A stretch of DNA of 64,000 nt. Origin: Cetorhinus maximus. Lineage: Eukaryota. A program made the translations under genes and the position numbers. Position 1 is the first letter of the stretch. Each line of letters begins with the position of its first letter. The stretch is taken from contig NC_135892.1 in the NCBI RefSeq assembly GCF_964194155.1, forward strand, positions 11,780,001 through 11,844,000, written 5' to 3'. Under the pieces are notes generated by a model. It searched no databases, had not been told where the DNA came from, and saw only the letters and a list, made by a program, of their open reading frames with translations. Positions 9,791 through 23,050 of the stretch are shown one piece after another.

Positions 9791-12700
9791 TTTGCTGTTT
9801 GCCATTCCTTGCAAAATCTTGTAAATGCATACTTTAAAAATGCACTCTGATATAACAACAATGAGTTGCATTTATATAGCACCTTTAACATCCCAAAGTA
9901 TCCTTACTGTTAGCCCACAGAAGAAACCTCCCGTCTCTCTCAGCAGTATCTCATCATGTGCACATCTACACACTGAGGGGAAAGCCACATGCAGGTATCC
10001 ATGCACGTATAACTCTGCTAATCCTAGTGATTTAAGACATCAACTGAATAAGAGAAAAAAAGAATTATAACATTGAAGGAAACGTCTAGAGCCAGTGCAA
10101 TATTTGATGGCATTTTAATATTAGAAACTGTAACAAGCTATCCTATAGTGCACGGGAGCAAGGGCAGGGGTGGATTTTTCGCAAACTCGATAATCGCTCA
10201 GCTTTGATTTTTTTTCAAAACGTTTTAAAGTAGCGGGTGAGTGTCTGAAAATGCTAATGTAACTTTCAAACTTTTGTTTAAAATATCTTTTTCCCTTGGA
10301 ATATAATGAGCATATGGCAACCACACTCACTTGGATCCTCAAATGACAGGAGGGACTTTATTCTGATTCTGCATCCTGTCACCAGCAAATCCCAGGATAT
10401 TTTTTTTTTTGCAAAACCTTAAGACGTGATTTGCATTTGCCATTCCGATGGAGCTTAATGTAATGCCTCTTTACTGCAGGAGCCCTCAATCAGTTAATTA
10501 AACATGATATAAATCACGGCATGAATTTGTAAAGTAAGATTAATATGGCAAAGTGAGGGTAATAAAGAAGCATTGCCATTGTCTGAGTGTGAATCAGGAA
10601 TATGAAGATTACCCTGTTTGAAATCAGATAGCTTTGAATGTTCTTTGTGGCTAATCTGTCGGTATGCTTTGTGGAACTTGAAACTCTGAGCTGTCATCTT
10701 CAGCCAAGTTCAGTCATAACTTCCTCAGTTTTCTCCATCAGTTAAACTATCATTTGAAAGCCTAAGATCAAACCTTTCATCAGACAATGAGGCTTCTCAG
10801 TCCCACATGGGACACAGATAACACATTTAATAAATATTTTATCTTATTTCAGCAATGAAAAAGGGGTTGTTCTTCTGCAAGGCTGTAGTGTGCAAAATGC
10901 CCATGATAGCAATATTCGTTCAATGTGGTCAGTTAGATTTATATGTTTAATTAAAGGAAATCATATTCTTTTCAAGTATTAATGCTACAGCATCTTGTTA
11001 ATCTGGGCAATTACAGTAACACAAGATGTGTGCTTGAAAAACATCAAAGGCTTTCTGAAGTTTGCACTGTATGAAACAAGGGCAGTGAATTGGTACAGTA
11101 AAAGTACACTGAGACGCACCCAATAAAAGCGAATGATATCTTCATAAAATTTTCAAATAAATGGCAGGACAGAAGAGCTGAAACTTCACTCTGGGCAGGC
11201 AACTTTAACACTGGATGGAGACTTAAGGTCAAGGTTGTTGGCAGTAAGTGAGATTTTATAGGATGTTTTAGCTGTTTAATAGCACTTTTATGCGTAATGA
11301 GTAACTACACCAGCTATTCTGCTTCAGGTGTAGCACAGTGATAATATTAGCTGCAGAAATCTGAGCTGGCATTGTTCTCCCTAATATCATGTTCGGTAAC
11401 TTGGTAATGAACCTGAAATAATAAAATATGCTTGATGTCATTTACAGAGAACTTATGTCATATTTGATGCTGCCTATATCATATTTTGTCTGGCTGAACA
11501 TTAAACTTATTGTTTAGTGGAGTTACAGATGGTCTAGTATAAATCCATCCAAAATTACTGTGTACGAACTAGAAAAGGTCAAATTCAGAATATCTTCAGC
11601 ACATTTGACAATACATATATATATTATTCCTGCATAATATTTTCTTTGCTAAGAATGAGGTTGGACAGATTCTTTAAAATAACATCGGATTTAATTAATG
11701 GTCATTCCTTAATCGATCAGGTCCAACAAATGTCACTGTCCAGTGTGTTATGTCCTCTAGGTTTTCAGATCTTGCTTTTTGCAATATGGTTAGAATACAT
11801 GCACTAGAGAACGCTGCACCAAGGCATGTGCTTAGGTATTCAGCACTGCTGTAACAATTAGCCCCATTGGTGTAAAGCTTGGGGAGCTGCCAAGGGTCAT
11901 GACTTCTCCACCCACAAAAGAAATAAAATATTTTCCACCTACCTGCCTTCAGAAAAAACATTGAACTGTGAGTCAGTTCCCAATTATCAAAGGAAGTTTA
12001 CACCAATGTTCAACTCTGTTGTTTGACTTTCCAGTGACTTGACAAGGCGAATGTGTTTAACAAACACATCCCATACCTGTCCACTATACTGCTGTTTAGA
12101 GCAGTCCCTCTGTTATCCCCACAAAGAATAAAGTTTGGGGCAGGAAAGGAAGCCTGTCACAGGTCTCTTAATGTTCTTTTGGACCGCTGAAAAATGAAAA
12201 AAAGTAAACCATAGGAAAAGCTGTAGTTGGTATCCAAATGCACTAATGATGAATGAAAAAAGGAAATTAAATTAATGGCAGTGGGACTGATTTTGTCAGA
12301 GGCACTAATGGAAGAGGGAAGCAACATATTTGGTAAATGAATTGGGAAAAGTGCTACTGGACTGAAGCAAAGAAAGCATGCATCTACTTTTCAATTATAA
12401 AAGGCATTAAAATGAAGGACTTTTAACAGGCAGGTTAAAACAGAGTCACTCTGATTTTGAAGATTTTTTTTTAATATTGAAGCAACAATTAAAGGAGAGT
12501 CTTAGACAGACACCTAACACCTAAGAGGTGTATCAAAGGATATCTTTTTGGAAAGGAACTTGGATGAAAGCCAAGGAAAGACTAAATATTGAACACCGAG
12601 GCCTTTTTACACTCCAGTATAAAAGTTGGATCAACTTAATCCCAGAGATAAGAATGGCTGCATTTGTTTTCCAGTGTAATTTGTCACACTTCAGTAGTCA

Positions 12701-14179
12701 TAGATTAGCCTCTGGTGAAGTTAACATGACATTGAGTAGAAGATCAGAGCTCGCTTGAGAAAAAGGTGTGCAGATTAAAAGGACTCTAACTAATTCTATT
12801 ACAGGTTCATCTGTGCCAAGCTACTTTTCTGTCTGCATCCATCAGAAGTTAAGTTTTCATCAATCGAGTTCTATGGCCCCAAGAGTTCAAACAAGACTGA
12901 ATGGATCTGATATCACATCAAGTAAGGTCATGAAATAGGGAGGTAATTTTGCTCTCTTGGTGATATGAAGGGAAACATTTAGTCGTAAATGGATGCTGTA
13001 AGGTCAGCATTTCTCACACTTGCCTAAACTCGTTGGAACTAATTAGTCAACTGGTGTCGAAAAAATGGATTAAACCACTACAGTTAGGAACAGGATGAAG
13101 TCAACTGAAAACTAAAAGGCTTAATGTCCACTGCACGGCACAGAATAACCGGTGCGCTTGCAGAGTCGGTTTGACGATCTGTTGTGCTGTCATGTAACAT
13201 TTTAACTCTGAATTGCTGAAATGACATGCAGCAGCCTGAAGCTGGCTCATACTTTTGAACATCTCAATCCTCAAATAAACTCTCTGAGAAATAAGGCTTT
13301 TGTCAAGAAGGTTGGCCTCGATTTTGCAGTCAGTGGCAATGCAATGGTGCTCACCACTGACCTTGAAGGAAGCTGTCCACAAAGATCTTGCGATTTCTGT
13401 GGTGTGGATTTCCCATGTCTGGACGTTAACTTCATTCCAGAACCAATTCTAGTGGATCTCCAGGCATCCAACAACAGTGATGCCATCAAGGAGGCTAAGC
13501 AGCCAATCATATTGAAGAATTCTCAGGTAGCAAACCAGGAAGTAAAAACCATTGATTATCCTCCATGTCTTATAAAGTTTACAGAAAGTCCAATAAAGTT
13601 TGGGCAATATTCATGGAATTATGGTAGAAATTGAAATATCCTAAACAAACTTTAAAATTATATATGTTATTTTAAAAATCTATGGGACTTTAATCAAATG
13701 GATACATTTGACATTCCGCAATTATACAATTAGCTTTACAGGGAGTTTTTTAAAGCGATACTTATGAAATTAGTATGCTGTTACCCAGTTACACCTCATT
13801 CAACAAGGCTGAACATTCTCAAGGGTTTTTCCAGAGCATAAGAAGTGGATGTTCTTGTCAGTTCAGTGATTTCTAAGATTTTGATTTGTGAGGACCTCAA
13901 TAACACACCCAGTGAAGGAGTAGGGGATCAAGGACAGCAATTTCTGAATGTTTGCATTTAGCTGCATATGCGTGGAGGTCAGAAGTTGCCGTCAGTTTCA
14001 CAGAATGCTGACAATTGTGCTGTTTTGTTTAGGTAGAGTCAGCAGATATGTTATGATTGGCTATATTGCAGCCCTATGAGACTTCTGGATGTATGGAATC
14101 CTTATGCTAATTTTAGAACTTCAGTTGTGTCCTTTGCCAGAAGGTTTTGCCAGAAGCTGGAAGGCGTTGAGCTCATTGA

Positions 14180-14700
14180 GAAAGACTTGCATTTGTATTG
14201 CACTTTTCACAACCTTAGGACGACATTTCAGTCAATGAAGAACTTTCGAAGTGTACTTACTGTGTTAATATAGGAATCACAGCAGCCAAATTGCATGTGG
14301 CTAGCTCCCATTGACAGCAGTGAGTTAAACAACCAGATAAACTGTCAGCTGTCATTCTATGTTTAAATTCCACTTGAAAATGTCTGGCTCTGTAACTTTA
14401 ATAGAAAGGATGTGCATTTTTTTTGCACCTTACACAACTTGAGAACGTCCCAAAACACTGCACAGCCAATGAAATTCTTTTGGAGTGTAGTCACTGAGGA
14501 AATGCCACAGCCAACATGTGCACCAGCTCCCACAAAAAGCAATGAGATAAATAATCAGAAAACCCTTTGTGTTTCTCAGGGAGAATTGGTGATCGAGACA
14601 CTGGGAGTGTCCACTGCCCTTCTCTAAAAGGTTCCACGGGATCTTTTAAAATCCATCAGAGAAGGTAGTCGGTTTAACATCTTGTTTAATCGATAGCAGC
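14180..14700 (-). mobile_element. Two adjacent Deu-SINE fragments (about 14180-14345 and 14403-14700)
   Basis: Both begin with the reverse-complement tail ...TGCATTT and run into the Deu core. They are diverged from each other. Confidence 0.8.
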
Positions 14701-14788
14701 CTTGCAATTCCATTCCACGACATTTGACTTTCAGATACAAAACTACCGGACCCAGTATGGCGTGCGGTGTGTACGCACTCGACTTAAA

Positions 14789-15032
14789 GGGCAGAATTTT
14801 ACCTCCCCATTTCAAGAACAAAGAACAAAGAAAAGTACAGCACAGGAACAGGCCCTTCAGCCCTCCAAGCCTGTGCCGATCATATTGCCTGTCAACCAAA
14901 ACGTTTTGCACTTCCGGGGTCCGTATCCCTCTCCGTTTCGGCGGGGTCAGGGCCGTAAAATGCGGACGAGCTGTTCTAAACCCCATTGACTTCAGCAGGA
15001 ACGTAAAATCCCACTGCCGTAAAACTTCACCC
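14789..15032. mobile_element. Short MITE containing a nested CR1 tail
   Basis: GGGCAGAATTTTAC...GTAAAACTTCACCC with AAA/AAA 3-bp flanks. Internal TTCTAAAC.CC.TTGACTTC.GCAGGAA block shared with 47842-47946. Confidence 0.7.
14814..14932 (-). mobile_element. CR1 3' tail inserted in the MITE
   Basis: (AAGAACA)n tail followed by CACAGGAACAGGCCCTTCAGCCC. Flanked by CCATTTC (14807-14813) and CCGTTTC (14933-14939), an apparent target-site duplication. Confidence 0.75.
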
Positions 15033-16703
15033 AAAGTGTGTGATGCACACGTTATATTGATTAGGATAACCTGAAGCCACCCAAACCTAACGCGCTTTTC
15101 TCAGGCTACTTGTGAATAGGTGCAGCAGGCACGGTGCACAACGCAGCCAGTGTTCTCCAGACGCAGAGTGGCCAAGCAAGCTGCCACCCACCAGCGCTAT
15201 GTTTAAAGTCTTTGACATAGGTGAAAGTTACACATCAAAATAGCAAGCAGCTACCAACCACAGCCCACTCCACCTCCCAGCTGAATGCCCACTTCAATTT
15301 CCAGGTCAATATTCCAGGTTGTTTCTGCATGAACTTGAAACAAGACACTTAAAGCAAGTTTCCTTTTCTTGGGTCAATTTTATCTGAGTTAGATCTGTGT
15401 TTGAAATCGTTCATGAAATGAAATGACTTTTCTTTTGTTGATTGACCCACGCAGACTGTTCATCTAAAGTAAACCCGGCCTCCCGTAACCTCGCTTCACA
15501 ATGCTTTTTATCCCCCCCTCCTCTCTCTTCTGACTTCTTTGAAAACATAAACATGGTGACATTTTAATGAGCAATATGATAATACAATTACACAGCAAAT
15601 GCACAATGGACTGAAATGCTTCACCAGCCTGTCACACACTTGATGGCCAAGGATGGTGCCAGAAGAATGTGAGAGTCAAGTTTAAGCAATTTTCTCCAAG
15701 CTCAAGATGTGATGTGTTTTTAAACAATGCATGTATTATTTAATTTTAATGATTTTCACTTGCTCTTTGTTTACCTTCCTTTGGAAGCCAGGCTTCTGCT
15801 TGGCAATTCACATTCGGCCATTATTGCTACCAACTGCTTTCAATGTGTCTGCCAAGTTCTTTAATGTAGGCCCATATCTTGTGGAAAAGGCCGTCTTTCC
15901 AGCAGAAGTTGGACACCACCGCAGTTAACAAGAGGGAGGACCTCACTAAGAAATAGTTACTTGTGTTAACCAGAGTGGAGCAGCACGTCTGCGTACAATT
16001 CACCTTTAACATCACGGGCAATGTGCTTGGTGTCATTATGTACAAAGTTCAATTTCTGTAAACCCATTAATTCTCAGGTGTTCCTCGAACTCTGCCTGAG
16101 AGAGTGGATTTTCAGCAAATGAATACCCCTCATACCTCTCCTCCAATCAACAAAAACTTCACAGGTCAATATACAATAAAGCACATGAACTGTACAGTCT
16201 TTAAATAGCATTGCAGCAGTAGTGGGGGTGGTTGTGAAGTTATACTGCTAACATTAGCAGTAATGGTAGTTCTGGTAATAGTAGTTATTTGTTACTTGTA
16301 CTCAAGGATGATAGTGACAGCAAAGAAGGGACAACAAGGTTGTGGTAAATGAGTCTGTTGATGAGCATATCAGTCAATAATAACCATGTTTTAAATAAAT
16401 GCCAATAAAATTAACCTAATTGAAAATGTTGGTGCTGTCTATTAAATGCACAACATTGGACCATAGATGGTCACCAGAAAACATAATTCAGCCTAAAGAG
16501 TCTTGATGGTGTCATTAAATGTGCCAAAGGAGGCTAAGAAGGTCTTAAACTTCACCAAGAGCCTAACGGTAGAGTTACAGTCTTAAACTCACTGTTATTT
16601 ACCAAAGCGATGTAGAAAAGTTCATTTTCTAAAAACAAACCTTCCCATTTTCTCACTACTTTGAGTCAGACGGGCTTAAAATTTCTGTATGGTACAGATG
16701 GAA

Positions 16704-17020
16704 TAACAACAACTTGCATTTCTATAGCACCTTTAACGTAGTGAGATGTCCCAAGGCCCTTCAAAGAAGAGGCTGTCAAACAAAATTTGGCACCGAGCCA
16801 AATAAGGCAATATTAGAACAGCTGACCACAGACTTGGCCAAAGAGGTCAGTTTTAAGGAGCATTTAAAGGAGGAAAGGCAAAGAGGTTCAGGGAAGGAAT
16901 TCCTGAACTTTGGGCCTAAACAACTGAACGCATGGCCACCAATGGTGAGGCGATTAAAATCGGAGATGGTGGAGAGGACAGACTTGGAGGGGCACAAAGA
17001 TCTCAGAAGGCTGTAGGTTT
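16704..17020 (-). mobile_element. L2 LINE 3' end
   Basis: TIGGHAFSCLGPKFRNSFPEPL...SFKCSLK on the minus strand, with an (AAC)n tail at 16704. Confidence 0.85.
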
Positions 17021-17434
17021 GAATAGGTGGAAGGGTGAATTCTAAAGGGTGAAAAATGCTGCTAATTTAGGCACCAAATTGTTTTCCTATTATGCACGAA
17101 ATGTGCACAGAATGTCAGGATCTATACTGGAATAAGGGACAAGTTGCTGATTAAAATGCAGATAAAAGGTTCACTTCATAAAATGGTTTCGGTTGCCTAC
17201 TCCAGAGACACCATTCGTAACTGTTGAATAACCATATTAGATTGTTTATATTGTTGGTTGGGATGTTTAATAGGTTTGTAGCATGCACCAACTGGCTACT
17301 AGAAGTTAGCATTTCATGCCTGTCCAATTGTATTCTAACAAACTAATTGTTAATACTGTTCCAGGAACCAAAACAAATCTTAAACAGTTCAATGGAAAAC
17401 TACACCTGCAAGCCAGAGTGTCATTCGGTCAATT

Positions 17435-17860
17435 GAGAAGTAGAGGCCTATATTCCCCGGAGATTAGAAGAATGAGAGATGATCTATATTGAAACATATT
17501 CAGGGGCTTGACAGGGGAGATGCTGAGAAAATGTTTCCCCTGGCTGGGGAATCTAGAACACAGGGTCACAGTCTCAGAACAAAGGGTCAGCCGTTTAGGA
17601 CTGTGATGAGGAGAAATCTCTTCATTCAGAAGGTTGTGAATCTTTGGAATTCTCTACCTCAGGGAGCTGTGGATGCCCAGTCGTTGAGTATGTTAAAGAC
17701 TGAGGCCAATAGATGTTTCAATACTGAGGGAATTAAGGGATATGGGGATAGTGCGGGAAGGAGGAGTTATGGTAAACAAACAGCCATGACCCTACTAAAT
17801 GACGGAGCAGACTCAAAAGGCCAAATAATCGACTCCTGCACCTATTTCTTATGCTGTTAC
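17435..17860 (+). mobile_element. CR1 LINE 3' end
   Basis: GLDRGDAEKMFPLAGESRTQGHSLR...FRTVMRRNLFIQKVVNLWNSLPQ plus CR1 3' UTR. Confidence 0.9.
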
Positions 17861-18914
17861 GAACATTTGGAGCAATGCTCATTAACTGATTTCCCTTATA
17901 CACTGAACACCCCTAGGAGATAGTTTTGAGGTTTGTTAAACTCAGTCTATCATAGATTGACACATAGTTAGCATCAGAGAAGTTCTAAAGAAAGACCTCA
18001 TAGCACTTTGTAACCAGGTGCACTAAGTTAATTGATCAACTTTATTGAAATGCATCCTGTGTTTATGATATCCGTTTTACTTTAGTCTGTGATATAATTA
18101 TTACTATAGAGTATGACAATACTGCAGCCTTGAGAAGAACAGGTTTTCTAGATATCTTTCTAGTTTTCAGATTCTGAACATTTAAGCTAATTAGACATCA
18201 GATTATTCCCCCTTGCTAATGTTTGGCAAGCTGCTTGGCTAATTTATGAAATATGAATTTATGCAGATTCCCTTTGTTTGTGGCAGCTGTTTGGCAATGC
18301 TGTTTTAGTCTAACCAACTGGCTCCCTAGAGCTGCTTCACAGCATTGTCCTTCAGCTGAGTCAGTCTTTCTGTCACACACAAAGGAGCCATCGCACTTTG
18401 TGAAATGAAACAAGGAGAGTTTTATTTCATAGAGGTTCATCTTATCTGCTCCACTTATCACTGCACAGCTTTCAGTACGAAGGCACCATCCATCACTGTC
18501 TGATTTTCTCATGTCTTTGGTCCCCTTGTTTATCTTAGCTCCAATCCTTCCTCTATCAGCCTCCCTGCTTCTGTGTACCTTTTCAATTAGAAAAGAAAAT
18601 TTTATTGTTAAGATAATGGTAAATCCAAAAGGTATTAGTGAACATAGGCTGAAGGACAGGGTCTAACACAAAACTAAAACTCAATTAGTCACATACCAAA
18701 TGTAACACAAGAGATGATCATTGTTCTGTTTATCCGTGTGGCTGTATGTTTGTTCTTGTCCCACCCGTGGAATAGTTATTTTTTAAGTTTCAGATAATGG
18801 GCCAGGGCAGAGAGCTGATTTATGCAACACCATTCCTTCGACCATATGGTATACCTCTCTTTCTCCTTGCAGGGGTTTTGTTCAGTTGACTTTTCTAATC
18901 TTCCTTGTAGCTCC

Positions 18915-20580
18915 TCACGTGCCATTACAGGAAGGATGTGATCACACGAGAGAGGGTACGGAGGAGATTTATAAGGATGTTACCAGCAGTGGAGAATTTT
19001 AGCCATGAGGAAAGATTGGATAGGCTGGGGTTGCTTTCTTTGAAACAGAGGAGGCTGAGGGGAGGTTTAACTGAGGTGAATAAAATTAGGACACGCCTAG
19101 ATAGGGTGGATAGGAAGGACCTATTTCCATAGCAGAGAGGTCAATAACCATGGGGCAAAGATTTAAAGTATTGGTAGAAGGATTAGAGGGGATTGAAGTG
19201 TAATCTTTTTCATCCAGAGGGTGGTGGGATCTGGAACTCACTGTCTGAAAGGGTGGTAGAGGTCAAAACATTCCTTTTCCTCTTCTTCACTCAGCTTCTC
19301 CCATTGGGATTGCCCCAATACTGATTGATCACTCTTCTCCATGTCCTCCTATCAGTCACTCATTCCTCTTCCAATCCCACTGTGATTATGTCTCTCATCA
19401 TCACATCTTTCCATCTGGTCTTAGGCCTTCCTCTTCTTCTTCCTGACAGTCCCATCTCCATCTCTCACTTCACCACGTTCCCTCTCTCTCTCTCCGTAAC
19501 AGGTGACCAGGCAGTTTCAATCTCTTCTCAGCTACTTTCTTCGATGCCCCCACAATCTTCACTGATCCCCTGATGTATTGATTCCTGATCTTGTCCTTTC
19601 TCATTTCTCCACACGTCCATCTCAGCATCCGCATCTCATGAGTATCCACACATTGTTCCTCTCTTCTTGATGTTGCCTGGGTTTCTGCATTATATAACAA
19701 GGCCGGTCTCACAACTGTCTTGTAGATTCTTCCTTTCAGTTTCAGCAATACTTTTCTATCACAACATTCCACTGCACTCCTTCCAATTACTCCAGCCAGA
19801 GATAATCCATTGCTTAATTTCCACATTTCCATCTTCTGTCACCACTGACTCCAGGTACTTGAAATGATTCACTTTCTCCAAGACTTCACCCATAACCTCT
19901 ATACCTTCACTCTGATCCTCCTCCCTCAATTCAAGCCGACAGTCCATAAATTGGGTCTTTGGTCTACTGATCTTCATACCCCTGTCTTCCAGTGCTTTTC
20001 TCCAGATACTCGGTTGTGTTCTCATCATCCCCACCACACAGCTCAATGTCATCTGCAAACATCATTGATCATAGCACTTCCTGTCTCGCTTGCTCAGTTA
20101 GAACATCTGTGATAGTCAGGAAGAGGAAGGGGCCCAGTGCCAATCCTTGGTGCAATCCAGCTTTGGCTTTGAAATTCTCACTCTCCCCGACACTGCTTCT
20201 TACCTTCCTTTGGCAATCCTTGTACATGTCCTGTAATAGTCGGACGTACTTCTCAGGGACTCCATGAAGTCTAGCACAAGTCCAGTTACCTCCCTAGACA
20301 CCCAGTCATATAAACCTTCCCTATATCAGTGAATACAATCTTCATGTTGTATTGGCCTTCCCGCTATTTCTCCATTACTTGTCCCGAAACAAAAATGGCA
20401 TCAGTAGTGCTTCTTCTGGGCATGAGTCTGAACTGATTCATGGATTTCCACTGCTTTTTTCTCAGTCCCTGGTCAATGACTTTCTCCCACATCTTTCAGG
20501 AATGCTCATCCCATTTAAAAAACACTTGAGCATGCACTGGAAGTGACATAACCCACAGGGCTATGATCTCGGAAATGGCT
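18915..20580 (+). mobile_element. CR1 3' fragment (18915-19270 and 20504-20580) split by an RTE insertion
   Basis: ERVRRRFIRMLP...EERLDRLGL...RRLRGGLTEV...RVVGIWNSLSERVVEV, resuming after the RTE as CTCATCCCATTTAAAAAACACTTG. Confidence 0.8.
19271..20503 (-). mobile_element. RTE-clade LINE (Rex3/Expander-like), 5'-truncated RT to 3' end, frameshifted
   Basis: Minus-strand pieces MPRRSTTDA, VPEKYVRLLQDMY, GLHQGLALGPFLF, MMFADD, MKISRPKT, FKYLES, KGRIYKTVVRPALLY, EMRMLRW, RGRPKTRWKD, with a purine-rich GAA tail. Confidence 0.9.
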
Positions 20581-21204
20581 TTCTATGTGAGTGAGGTGCT
20601 TAGTGAGAAGTTTTGGCTTTTGTTGAACTAGTTTGATATACTGTAATGATCTGAATGAACACACTTTACATTGTTGGTCTACCCTGTACGTGCGATGATT
20701 TAAGGAAAATCTGTTGAGCTTCAATTAATGCAGCCATCGACTGGGTTCGTTGTGCACCTCCTGTCAATATTCCCTAGTGGAAGAATATGGAGGGAATCTT
20801 TCCAAGTGCCAAGTAGAACCATGTGTACATTGCTTTAATTCAGCATCTTCTCATTAACTTGGTGGAGATCAGGAAGTCACTGGCTTAGACATTCTTTGAC
20901 TCCATGCCGATTTTACAGGCAGGAGAAAGGTGCCCAGGTATCCAGTATGAATAGCACCTCCCACCATGCAGGACTGGGTTCCTTTGTAGCTGTCCAGGTC
21001 ACAAGCTGGAAACATTTCAAAACCTCATTAAAATATTTAAAGCTCCCATGCTTGCTGTGAGACCATTTACTGAAATTGGACTTCCCCAGCCTTGCCAGGT
21101 GGTAAACTCACTCAGCATCTCCAAGGGCTAACAGACAGCAAGAACCCCTCAGCAGTGCTGTTTAAGAGCCTCTTACACTACATGCAGTTTCTCTTTTTCA
21201 CTAC

Positions 21205-21550
21205 AACACCAACTCACTAAGGCTTTTTCGACAGCACCTTTAAACTTGCGACTTCCATTATCTAGAAGGACAAGGGCAGCAGATAGATGGGAACACCACC
21301 ACCTGGAAGTTCCCCTCCAAGTCACTCACCATCCTGACTTGGAAATATATCGCCATTCCCTCACTGTCGCTGGGTCAAAATCCTGGAGCTCCCTCCCTAA
21401 CATCACTGTGGGTGTACCTACACCGTAGGGACTGCAGCGGTTCAAGAAGTCAGCTCACCACCACCTACTCAAGGGCAGAAAGGGATGGGGATGGGCAATA
21501 AACGCTAGCCTAGCCAGCGAGATCCACATCACACGAAAGAATATAAAAAC
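21205..21550 (+). mobile_element. CR1-like LINE family B 3' end
   Basis: RRTRAADRWEHHHLEVPLQVTHHPDLEIY...SKSWSSLP and the family tail. Confidence 0.9.
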
Positions 21551-21554
21551 CTTA

Positions 21555-21945
21555 CAACAACAACTTATATTTTTATAGCACCTTTAATGCAATGATATGT
21601 CCCAAGGTGCTACACAAGACCGATTATAAAACACAATATGACACCTAGTAAAGAGATATCAGGTCAAATGACTAAAAGCTTGGCCACAGAGGCAGGTTAT
21701 AAATATTGTCTTAAACGAGGAGGGAGAAAGGTAGAGGGTAGAGCGTAGGGAGGGAGTTCCAGAGCTGAGGGCCCAGGCAGCTGGATGCACGGCCACCAAT
21801 GGTGGAGTGATTAAAACTGAGAATGCATTGGAGGCCAGATTTAAAGGAGCACAGAGATCTCGGAGGATTGTCGGGCTCGAGGATATTACTCTGATAGGGA
21901 AGGGCGAGGCCATGGAAGGATTAGAAAACAAGAATTTTAGGCTGC
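21555..21945 (-). mobile_element. L2 LINE 3' end
   Basis: (AAC)n tail abutting the preceding LINE tail. Homologous to the other L2 ends. Confidence 0.85.
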
Positions 21946-22051
21946 TTATTGACATTTGGATGTTTCTTGGCCCATCTCCTGCCTTCTGTAACCGATTTCT
22001 GAGGGGCAGGTCATATGTTAGAGAAAATATTAAATCTATGAGAGCCAGATA

Positions 22052-22285
22052 TAGAAAGAATGAAAGAAAGACTTGCATCTATATGGCGCTTTTCAGGACC
22101 ACCAGATGTTAACCAATGAAGTGCTTTTTGAAGTGTAATCACTGTTGTAATGTAGGAAATGCAGCAGCCAATTTGCACACAGCAAGATCCCACAAACAGC
22201 AATGAGATAATAAATGGATAATCTGTTTTTTGTGATGTTGATTGAGGGATACATATTGGCCAGGACACTGGGAATAACTCTCCTG
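22052..22285 (-). mobile_element. Deu-SINE, 3' half
   Basis: Tail and Deu core (GCAGCCAATTTGCACACAGCAAGATCCCACAAACAGCAATG on the + strand). Confidence 0.85.
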
Positions 22286-22789
22286 CAATTATAGTTATGG
22301 ACTCTTCTGAAATTACCCCAGTAATCACTATTAGGTATATTAGATACTTCAGGTGACATCATGGTTGTTATTCTATGCTTTACTAATCTCAACAAAATAA
22401 AAATAAATATTTGGGAGCTTTAGGTTTTGGAAGATCTCCCATTGCCATAAAAGATCTGAAAGAATTTTTGCAGCAGGGAGTTGACTTTTTGGTGTATTTC
22501 TGTTTCGCCAGTGCAGTGCTGACTGGAGGCTAAATTAACATGCAACACTACGAAGAGAGATTAAAGTCACACATTAACATTGTTTACTCAACAGCATTAG
22601 GACAGGTGCCTATATCCTTCCACTTGCTTTCTGATGGTGATGTTACCAATGGATTTAGTATTAGTGCAAATCCACTATGTAATTTCATTTTAAATTATGC
22701 AAAACAGCATTCTTGCATCATTATAACATTGTAATACTTTGCATATGGCTCACTGTAATCTGTTCTCTTTGTTTAGTTTGCTTTCGTAG

Positions 22790-23050
22790 GAATAGAGGGG
22801 GCAGGGGGAGGCCATTCAGCCCATCGTGCCAGAGCTGGCTCTTTGAGAGAGTTATCCAACTAATCCCACTGCCCCTGCTCTCTCTCCCCACAGCCCCGCA
22901 AATTTCTCCCCTTCAAGTCTGTATCCAATTCCCCTCTTGAAAGTTACTGTTGAATCTGCTTTCACCATTCTTGCAGGCAGCGCATTCCCGATCACAACAA
23001 CTCACTGTATCAAAAAAAATTGTTCTCATCTCACCTTATGTTTCTTTTGC
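22790..23050 (-). mobile_element. CR1 3' end
   Basis: GGCCATTCAGCCCATCG...GGCAGCGCATTCCCGATCACAACAACTCACTG is the reverse complement of a CR1 ORF2 end and UTR. Confidence 0.75.

Noticed and set aside
12077-12186. Minus-strand segment with strong acceptor and donor
   Set aside because: Stops occur in all three frames. It could only be a non-coding exon, which cannot be supported without RNA data.
13221-13634. 137-aa ORF in apparently unique sequence
   Set aside because: No recognisable domain or convincing exon boundaries. A faint resemblance to decayed transposase sequence is too weak to call, and an HMM search would be needed.
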